64,000 nucleotides of DNA, taken from Octopus sinensis. Its lineage: Eukaryota. Position 1 is the stretch's first letter; the number at the start of each line of letters is the position of its first letter. The notes under the pieces were generated by a model, which was not told the origin of the DNA, did not search any database, and worked only from the letters and a program-made list of their open reading frames with translations. Positions 53,866 through 64,000 of this stretch are shown here, one piece after another. The stretch is taken from assembly GCF_006345805.1 (NCBI RefSeq), contig NC_042999.1, positions 29,636,001 to 29,700,000 of the forward strand. The letters are read 5' to 3'. The position numbers were made by a program, and so were the translations under genes.

Positions 53866-56800
53866 GCATACGAGATATATAAAGACACATTGGGGAACGG
53901 AAAGAAGAGTGCAAAAGAAGATAATTAGCAAACCGCTGATGTAACGTGACGATGGAAAATATGCGTCTTCGTAGCAGCTTATGATACCTCCGGATATTTT
54001 TTCTCTTTTTTAATGCAGAGAAAACAAAATCAGCCTACTTGTCAAGTCATGAAGTAGCAGTAATGATTATTATGAGTGACTGAGGGCGCTCAATAGATGT
54101 TTAATGATGCTAGCAGTCCAACTTCTTCATTAAATATCCAAAGTTAAATTATGCCTTCTCAAAGAAAAATATATATTTTGTCTCGGGGCCACATTTTTCT
54201 CAAAATTTACATTAGGTTTTGTTACTCCAATTTGTTTTCTCTCATTAACACATTTTCAGAAACATATATGAATGGCATATAATTTAGTTCTTCTATGATG
54301 TCATGTATTTATTGTGATGAGTCCGTAATTTTTCAAGTTCGATTACTGGATGAGTCGGTTTACTTCATATTTGAGCCAAGTACTTCATTTTACTCTCCTT
54401 CGCTTGATACTGATGTAAATGTTTTCCAGTCAAGGGCTGTTGCATTTTTCTGTCCCATCACCTTCTACATCCAATTCGTTTCACCGGATCGATGTTGGAA
54501 TGATAATAAGTGACGGCATATGTCCTCATCGTTACAGAGACGTGTGGAGCAACATAATCTTTGAGCAAACTACTACTTTATACATATCTGCAGTTGATTC
54601 CAATTACCTGTGTTCTTTTACTTCGTTGAGTTATTTCGAAGTAAAATTTTAATAGCATTCACTAATTTCTATACGATTGTATATTCATGTGTTTGAAAGC
54701 ATTCAACTGTATGAAAGTTATACAGACAAATATAATAATAGTATATCTCTTCATCATAAGATTTCTTGTTTATATTTTTATCATTCATGAATTGACTAAG
54801 CCTTTGTCGAAATACCCGCAAAACGTTCTATAATGTTTGTTTACTTTCCCTACTTAGCACAAAGTTTAAGTTTCAATAGTTTGTTGTAGCTACAGTTGGT
54901 TTTCCAATCTTAAAATACAGCCCATCTAACTACAGAAATGAATTTACAGCACTCTGCAAATTACTGTCCTTTGGAAAACTGAGTACTGCTAACTTATAAA
55001 TGCCGATTTGAGTTCGTCTATTATCTATGTAACATTACAATATATTTTTATATTTTGCAAATATGCCAATAACAATAGGCAAACATATTCAAGACTCAAT
55101 AAATACGTTTAACGTAACACTCGTACGTCTCAGCCGATAGTTATTATCAAATTCATTCAAACTTCCTAATTTCTGTATCCCAGCATTTAATATATCTCAT
55201 TCTGATTGTGGACGAGTCATACTTTATCATAGTGTGTCTGATCATTCTAGCAAACCGAATGTTTATGTTGAATCTCTTTCGTTGGATTTTAATTACTTAT
55301 GCTGTTAAATCATTATAAACTTGTTTCATCTACATTTTTTCAGTTAATTTTCTCCATTTTATCTATAATGTAACAATTTAAGCGTTGAAATTGGTCTCTA
55401 ATTTTCTTCTCATCTGAAATATTCTTTGCACCTGCATGCAAAACCCTGCCGTGAATCACAATTTCGTCATACTTTCGAAGAGATATTCATATGAAGGGAT
55501 TTATTTTCCTAACATACAAGTAAATAAAACATGCATTTGATATCTTTCGTTGAAAATAATTTCTAAATGCAATACTTCGTGATAAATAGGTTTAATTCTG
55601 AGTAACAGAACTGAACTGGTTTTGCTACTGTTTGGCATGGATCATCTTGATTTCGATCAATATCACATTCTATGAAAAACGTTAGAATCATTTAAGAAAA
55701 TAGTTATTCCATTTGTTTCCGAAATAACATAACCATTTTGGACCTGTTCTCACAGGCGTGGATTAATCCTTAACTGATATATTTTGATGGTTTCCCGATT
55801 TATTAAATTTTGTTCTAGTATACAGCTTAATACTACTAATTGTAGATTCACTGATGATATGTAAGATACAATATTTTCTATCGCGAATCCACTCCGTCAA
55901 ATCAACAACAGATTACAAAATAAAAGACTGACTTGTTTGATATAAATTGTACTCCATGTTCTTTATTATGTATTTTGGCAATAAAGGCGTCCATAAAGGA
56001 AACAATTTTTACGCCACAGGATAGTAGCATTATTATGTATGAGATACATTAAAAAATTAAAGATTAAAATCAAATTATAAACAACTAACATAATTGTAAA
56101 GAACCTTATAATTATTTGCGATCTATATTTCTCCTTTTCTAAGTAATATCTTACAAATAACGTACAGTTACAATCTAATAATTATATACATATCTTCAAC
56201 AACTGAATAATTATAGAATCATATTAACAATCAGTAGTTATACAGTATACAATAAAATACAATAAAACTTATTAATATACTTTAAAATCTTAAATACTTA
56301 GTTTTCAAAAGTCGTGTCATGTACTAAAATTTTAAAACGCCAAACTTCTTTTAAGCGTTTATAAGAATACTCGTGGAATACGTTATTACAGAAATATAAT
56401 AAACTACGAATATATTTTATCAAGGAAAATTATGAATAAATATTATAAATGGAAAAAACGACTATAGTTTAGCTATAAATGGTAAAGAGAACAAAGTAAC
56501 TATTAGAGAATAAAACTACTATATAATATAAAGTTTATCATCAAAAATAACTACAATAAATTATACTCAATACTCCATAAATTAAATAACTACCAATTAC
56601 TGTATATACTCTAAAAATCTAATAAATATTAATTTTATATAAAAAAAAGGTTACGTTGTAGTCAAATCTTAATATAAATAAAATAGAAATATAACTATTA
56701 CACACATTACAAATTAATTCAGTAGTAATTCAAGCATTATCTATAATATGACCACTAATTAATATAAAAACTATATTATAAGCAAATTCATTATATATTA

Positions 56801-57355
56801 TATATTAATTAAAAAGACATCTAAATAAATCTACTTCGAAATATATAAAAAAATAAATACATATTGATTATTTTATCAAATTTATTACAAACTATATACT
56901 TAATTGTAGTATAAAATAAATATATATATTATATATCATATTAATACTCAAAATAAATGCTAAACAATAATAAATTAAACTTATTAGATAGGTAAACTAA
57001 TTTATATGTAGATCAAATACATCTGTCTTAAATTGAATAAATAAAGTACATATCATTATCAAAACTAATACATAAAGAAAAAAATTTTAATTATTATCCT
57101 ATACATTCAAAATTATAAACCTTCATATAATCTATATTCATTAAAACCATTAAATATTTATTAATAAAATAAACATCTAAATATAACCTAAGTATAAGTA
57201 TTTAAAGAACCTTTACTAACTCTTATTGACTAATACCAAACCACATACAGAATTGCGAACACAAAACTACTATTATTAATTAATATATTTATTAAATATT
57301 TTAATTTATTTAAATATTATTTAATAATATTAAATTAAACTTATTAAATCATGTA

Positions 57356-57412
<57 letters not shown>

Positions 57413-57588
57413 TAATAAATATTAGGGAATAAATCCAAATTTACAGGGAAAAAATCAGATTTAGGATTAAATCGATTCTATAGTAAAATATTATAAAATA
57501 TTATTAGAGACAAAACCACTATTTTGCAAAACAAACAAGGAAAGACTTAATCAATACATAAAATTTTAATAAATAGTCAAAAAAACCG

Positions 57589-57631
57589 CCACTACAATCG
57601 TTTCTTGTCTTGATCGACAATCTTCAGGTGG
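57589..57631 (-). ncRNA. Minimal type I hammerhead ribozyme (mirror copy)
   Basis: Exact reverse complement of 57682-57724. Confidence 0.8.
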
Positions 57632-57681
57632 ACTTCCAATAATTCAGTGTCACAATAATTTGACACTGAATTATTGGAAGT

Positions 57682-57724
57682 CCACCTGAAGATTGTCGAT
57701 CAAGACAAGAAACGATTGTAGTGG
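57682..57724 (+). ncRNA. Minimal type I hammerhead ribozyme
   Basis: ccac-CUGAAGA-uuguc(gaucaa)gacaa-GAAAC-gauu-GUA-gugg: full catalytic core, stems I, II and III all pair, GUA cleavage triplet ending at 57720. Confidence 0.85.
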
Positions 57725-57845
57725 CGGTTCTTTTGACTATTTATTAAAATTTTATGTATTGATTAAGTCTTTCCTTGTTTGTTTTGCAAAATAGTGGTTT
57801 TGTCTCTAATAATATTTTATATATACATATATATATATATATTAC

Positions 57846-57897
<52 letters not shown>

Positions 57898-57925
57898 TAT
57901 ATATATTATATATATATATATATAT

Positions 57926-57973
<48 letters not shown>

Positions 57974-58264
57974 CATAACTGACATACTAAATTTTAGATT
58001 AATTCTAGTACATAAAACTACAAATTAGGAACAAACGTACATATATTCTATATGTACACACAAACACACATATATTTGTCACGTTGTGTGTATATATGCA
58101 TATATGAATTTATATACAGACTCAATATATATACCTGAAGATTGTCGATCAAGACAAGAAACGATTGTAGTGGCGGTTTTTTTGACTATTTATTAAAATT
58201 TTATGTATTGATTAAGTCTTCCTTGTTGTTTTGCAAAATAGTGGTTTTGTCTCTAATAATATTT

Positions 58265-58312
<48 letters not shown>

Positions 58313-58321
58313 TATATATAT

Positions 58322-58376
<55 letters not shown>

Positions 58377-58533
58377 CTGACATACTAAATTTTAGATTAA
58401 TTCTAGTACATAAAACTACAAATTAGGAACAAACGTACATATATTCATATATGTTCACACAAACACACATATATTTGTCACGTTGTGTGTATATATGCAT
58501 ATATGAATTTATATACAGACTCAATATATATAC
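57686..58533 (+). repeat. Tandem duplication, 449-bp period, each unit starting at the hammerhead core
   Basis: Unit 1 57686-58134, unit 2 from 58135; differ by (TA)n length and a few single-base changes. Confidence 0.95.
58132..58173 (+). ncRNA. Second same-strand hammerhead, stem I shortened to 3 bp (one U.G)
   Basis: Core and stems II/III identical; 5' stem I arm is atac instead of ccac; GUA ends at 58169. Confidence 0.65.
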
Positions 58534-58984
58534 ATACATACATATATAGTTGAGTGTGTGCATGTATGTGTATGTGTTTTCCCATACAGAATAACATAAG
58601 GGAGTATGTATTTGGGGGTTTTAAAATGAATCTAAATCTTAAAACCTGTGGTGGTTTTTAAATTTAGTAATAGATTTATTCAAATACCAAACCAGTTTCC
58701 AAACTTTTTTTTATGAATACTACAAAGAAATAAATAAAGGTTTTAGGATACTTTACAGTAACAAAATAACAGAAAACAACGTATTCAATCAATCCAATGT
58801 TTAAAACATCAACTACATTTCAATGAGTTTCACTGAAATATATAAGGATATAAGTTTACATGTTCTCCGAAATTCAGAAAATTAGTATATAAATGAAAGT
58901 TCCGTCTCATCGAGTTTTCTTGTAAAAAGCGATGTGGGTAAGAGAAGATAAGAAGCAAGATGTCCTTCTTTCTTTTCTTTCATG

Positions 58985-61010
58985 ATGCGTGTAGCTCTCT
59001 ACTCAGTTTCTGTCGTAGTGCGCGGGTTTCTTCATCTGCTTATTTCTTTAGAGTTCGAAATATATTATGTCTATATCCTCTAGTATACACTTATATGATT
59101 TTCGATAACGAATGAAGTTTTGATTGGTTGTAATTTTGAAGACCTCTTTTAGCTTTTTACGTGCTCAAAATACGTTTGTTTGGCAAAATCTAGCGTTTCG
59201 GCTGGTTGGCTTTTGTGTGATGCCAATTGATTTTTGAACATTTTTAATCCTTGTTGACGTTGACGAAGGGACAACTTCCGATTGGTTGTGAGTTTCATGA
59301 CGTCACTTAATTTGATCAAAATATTTTTTCTTCTCGACTAACCTTTTATGCTGACAAAGTTCAGCGCTCTGCTTCCTTGACTTGCTGCTAGGGATTCGTG
59401 AACTTGTTTTTGTCTGAAGATCGTCAAGCATTATGTTTGGTTGTTTCCCTTAAGAACTCACTGTACCTGATGTTTATGACTGCTTCATTTTTTTTCTGAG
59501 AGTCAGATTGTAACTGGAGGAACACTTCATTGGTTTAGTATGAGGTGACGTCAGCATCTGGTGTTTGAGAAGGTGTATGGTGTTCTATATAGTAATTTTG
59601 ATTTAGGGTTTCAAGTCCGTGAAGAAACGTTTCGATTTATATTTGTTTTCTCTGGTCGATTTTTGTGACTAAATTGGGTTTTATCTTTTTGGTTTCCTGG
59701 TGTGTTATTACAGGATATTTAGTTGCTCTTTGTCTTCCTTCATGAGCAGAGTTTCTCTAATTAATCCGAATTGGGTTGCTTTCCTGTGCATTGATAGAGG
59801 TAAAAATCTCGTGATTTATGCTTACGGAGCATTGATCTAAGTGTTTACTTAAGAGAATATTCCTGGTCGTCGATTCCCGGATCTCCTGCCTATATACCGT
59901 CAGTCTGTTTCTGAAGGTCAAGCTCATTTGATCTATGTAGTCCCCATCACACCCACCATATTTGGAATCCTGCGTTGCACATGTGAAGTAATTCTTATGG
60001 TGAATATTCTACCTTACTTTCAATTCATATGTTGAAATTTTCGGAATGTAGATGAAAGTTCTGCAGTTGTGGCGCTTGTAAGTTCTTACTGTTGAAGTTG
60101 TAATTCTGTTTGGTTATTTGTTGTTGGGATGTAAACATTTTAGACACTTTTCTTTTCTTCTTTTCATAATTCTATTTTTTCGAGTGTCTATTTTTACATT
60201 CTCACGTTATTCAACAGAAGGGTCATATACTGATAGATGATGTTGCACGCTTCCATGCTTCTTGGATTGTACGTTGATACGGTTTAAGTGTATGAGGGGT
60301 TTTTCGCAATTCTTGGATATCTGTTGTTCTATTTCGTTTTTGGTTTACACTGACGAGGTAAATTCTTGTAATATATTTTTTAATATCCTGGATTACCGGC
60401 ATTGGATACAACTGTGCAAATTCTTCATGCCGAATCAAATGTTATATTGATTCGGTATGCTTTGGCTGGTAGGTAGAAAACAGACATCATTTTGAGTCTG
60501 TAGGTTTAAATGTTGGTTTAAAGAATACCAGGATTTCAGTGTTAATATCTCTTTTTATGATTAATATGTCAAGAAATGTTAGTTGTTTGTGTTTTTATTC
60601 TATTGTAAATTGGATCCTGAGGGTAATGTGATTTATTTAGATTTTAAAATCAAACAGTTGATCAACGTTTTGTGAGCATAGAATGAAACAATCGTCCAGA
60701 TAGTTTCCATTTGGCGAGTATGTATCTTTGGAAGTTGAAAATTTCTGTCTAGTACCTTCGTTTACTTTCAAATATGCTATGACAATTGCAGTGCAAAATA
60801 ATTGTCGGTAGGTGGAAGCACCTACCGACAAATGTTATTCTGTAGGATGAATTTTAGTCTCTTAATGAAGAATAATTTTCCAATTCGGTCAGAAATGTCA
60901 TATGGGAATTTTCCCAGTAGAACTATATGGCTTCTATCCCTTATTCCTGAGGATTCGGAATGTTAAAGTATATTAAATCGAATGAGCCGAAGATTCTTAT
61001 ACAACCCTTA
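58985..61010 (-). mobile_element. Decayed Penelope-like element (RT + GIY-YIG)
   Basis: Minus strand: GSFDL..FNIP, GIEAI, KFILQNN, YLDDCFIL, RIQFTIE, QLTFLDILIIK, KPTDSK, RICTVVSN, then FTCAT...GC.GDYI.Q..LTFRNRLTVYRQEIR. Confidence 0.88.
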
Positions 61011-61140
61011 TTTATTTATTTCTGCCATTGATCAGCAAAGTTTGCCGAAACCGCTTTTGAATTTTAATAAATCTATTACTAAATTTCAAAACGATTACCC
61101 GTTTTGAGATCCACGTACACATTCAAATCCCATAGCAACT

Positions 61141-61144
<4 letters not shown>

Positions 61145-61175
<31 letters not shown>

Positions 61176-61290
61176 CTGAGAGAGAGAGAGAAAGAGAGAG
61201 AGAGAGATAGAGACTGAGAGAAATGGATAAAAGCATAGAAATAAAGAAAGTAAGAAAGAAAGAAAGAAAGACAGAAAGAAAGGGACAAAG
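61145..61290. repeat. (TA)n/(GA)n/(GAAA)n microsatellite
   Basis: Direct inspection. Confidence 0.9.
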
Positions 61291-64000
61291 AGAGAAAGTA
61301 AGCGAATAGTACTTACTGCTTTCGGTGCTGAAATTAGTGATTTAGATTCAACGTTAATTATGTTTCATAAACATGTTCCTAATTGAAATAGATATTCCTT
61401 TAAAGCAGTAAAGAAGCGTTTATAACTTGAGTGAGCATATGTAAATTATAGCTGTCACATTAAATACGGAATATGCGCTTATTTTCTTTCTTTTCACTCA
61501 ATTTGCAAACATATTTAGAAAGCTGCATATCTGCCAATGGATAACAGTAATATTTCATGATACGTTTTTATTATTTCTCTTTTCATTAATATTGTTTACG
61601 TTTGTTGCTGACTATTTGTGCTTCTATTTTACAATTTTTGGAACGATAATTATGAAATAGCGTTTCCAAGTTTAGTATAGCACTTCGGTAAATTATCTTT
61701 TTTCAGCAATCATTTCATTTTATTTCATATTTTGTTAATTCTCTTCAGCATGGAAAAGGTGTTTTATAATTATCTAAGGCATGTCTAACTTATACATGTC
61801 CATTTCTTGCTATAAATACAAGGTCGTTTTAAAGAATATGTATCTATAGACAATTACCATTTGCTATAACTTTCTCTTTCAATTTCACTTAGTAAATAGG
61901 TGTATCTGTAGAACCTCTAAATTCCCGCATGTTGCCATGGACAATTTAACCTTCTTCTAATTATCATTCTCGTTTGAATATATAATGTGAAATTCAGTTT
62001 GTTAGGTTTCATTTCGTTTCACCCCCTTTCCTGAATTGCGAAATGATACAAGGTAAATAACATCAGATTAGTGTATTAGGCAGGTTAGAACCCATTACAT
62101 ATTCTAAGTTATAAGTAAAGATCTACACCGGACTTAAACTAAAGACTTGGAATTGCCGCCACCTAACTCTCTGAAGAGTGAATGATAGTCGATTAAATAG
62201 GGTAGACCGGTAAGAGTCGAATGGTGTGTAGTCCTATATGAAGCATCTAATATTTTCGAAATTACAGATTTAAGCTGTGATGTTGATGGAAATATATATA
62301 TGTATTTATTTACAATTTCATTATACTTTCTGTTTGTATTTTCAAGTAGTGACATGAGATAGATTGCTGGGTGGATATATCGAAAATGTTGATGAGGAAA
62401 GATCAAAATTGTGAGAAAGATTGTCATTTGTTAGGTCAAGGTAGGGAACTACGGATTATAGCACTGGAAGTACGCTAACACAGTGCATGACTGCAAGAAT
62501 ATGTTTCATTTTATAGGGCTGCAAGATGGCGGGGGTACACGTTTATGGAAATATTGAGTAATATGTTAGTACACGCCTTCTTTGACAAGATCTAGTGCAG
62601 AAAATTCATGACAGTGTAGTAATTCTTGATATAATAGTATGCAGGTTAATTTTGGTATTGCCACTGTTCTTGATTTTGCTGCACCAAGGGATAATTGATG
62701 AAGATAAAAATGACATAGATCGAAAAAATTAGTTATAGCTGGTAAATATCTGTCACATAAATTATCAATTCATTAAGAAATTAAGGACCTAATTTATAAT
62801 ATAGATCTAGATAAATGAGATGAACCAGTCGCAACTGGAACGCCATTAGTCAGGGTTGGTTTTACCTCAATAACACGATCAGTATTAAGCGGTTGCTTTT
62901 CTTTGTCTCCAAGTAAATGACAGCAATATTTTTCTTTTTCTCTCAGTTTTTAAATGCTTCCGTATAACAAATAACTGTAGAGATTCTAGCACTCTCAAAT
63001 TCATATCCATCTATGAGTGGATATAAGTAATATAAAGACATGGCTAACTTTATGAAGGATTATATATTTAAAACTCTGTGTAAATTGACGAGTCGCAGCC
63101 TACATATTTTGTAAAATTTCATGCTATACCTAATTTATCAATAACTGAATGATCTCTTTTTTCTAAATCAATACTCTAATATTTTTTTATACATTTATCT
63201 ACACATACCAACAATTTAATGATATCTGTGATCCACTACAATTACAATGTCTAGATATACCAGAATTATACCCTGGTGAGTAACTTTATTCTACTATCGA
63301 TATATAAATTTACCTAGTTCTATACGATATTTAATACGTCACTGAGAATAAATAGATAACCTCATAAATTCATATAATTTAAACGGATGAGGATATGGTA
63401 ACACATATGTTACAACACATTGCACACACCGTTGTAAGATTCTTGTATACCAAACAACTTGTATGAACGTGATATATTTTAAGGACATTTCCCTGATAAT
63501 ATATACAAAACGTTCACCTACATTTGCGTTACTGAAGAATTTTACGATACATTTCAATGGTTATATCAGAAAAAATCTTCATATTAATCAAATTTCAAGT
63601 TACTCTTACAAGGTTACTAAATCCGTTAGATGCACCACGTCCATAATACACAAAGAGTAATACTCTGATTTCCGCTGTAGAAAAACTTGGAGAGTAATAT
63701 GTTGAGATATTACTTGTGTATAGTGATATATCCACGTTTAAGACGATAGACGAATTTAGAATATATACCGAAAAGTGCATACTGAAATGACGTTCATATT
63801 TCATCGGAGATATTTTCTTGCGAGTGACAAATATAATACTTTCTATAAAATTACACGTTATCAATGATTTATGCTTTAGTTTATGTCATTAGTTTTAGTT
63901 ACAATCTCATGAATTATTTCTTGGCCCAACACAAAAAAAATATATAATTTGCGTATAATTATGCGTTGATAGTAGATTTCTCATGTATACCAATGTCTAT

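Larger units (their letters stand above)
57492..57821. repeat. Near-perfect palindrome: 161-bp arms, 8-nt loop, one mismatch
   Basis: 57492-57652 is the reverse complement of 57661-57821; loop caataatt. Confidence 0.97.

Noticed and set aside
54530-54575. Minus-strand CCSTRLCN, resembling the Ly6/three-finger C-terminal motif
   Set aside because: In-frame TAG stops just upstream, no polypyrimidine acceptor and no upstream Cys-rich exons found; chance occurrence is plausible.
57492-58533. CRISPR-like or prokaryotic repeat interpretation of the repeated units
   Set aside because: No repeat-spacer periodicity or cas genes; the context is eukaryotic retroelement DNA.
63600-63660. YYGRGASNGFS, resembling a Walker A motif
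   Set aside because: Lacks the invariant GK(S/T) lysine and has no Walker B downstream.

Overview
AT-rich eukaryotic genomic DNA, very rich in microsatellites. The SINE families, the RTE (GAT)n tail and the repeat landscape suggest an octopod cephalopod (inference). I found no host protein-coding exon, rRNA, tRNA or CRISPR array; the window reads as intronic or intergenic repeat landscape. Nearly all listed ORFs are translations of simple repeats. Supported content: one near full-length RTE LINE (APE + RT, with a C4HC3 PHD-like finger inside the RT C-terminal region); five R4/Dong-clade LINE fragments plus one very weak one; three 3' ends of one RTE/RTEX-like family; a CR1/L2 3' end; two complete but dead mariner elements plus five mariner fragments; a decayed Penelope-like element (PLE); tRNA-derived SINEs, including nested arrays. 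The most striking signal is at 57.5-58.5 kb: a 161-bp-arm near-perfect palindrome carrying a canonical minimal type I hammerhead ribozyme on both strands, followed by a 449-bp tandem duplication that gives a second same-strand hammerhead (a PLE/retrozyme-like layout). Single-base indel patterns suggest uncorrected long-read errors, so some frameshifts and near-identical duplications may be assembly artefacts.
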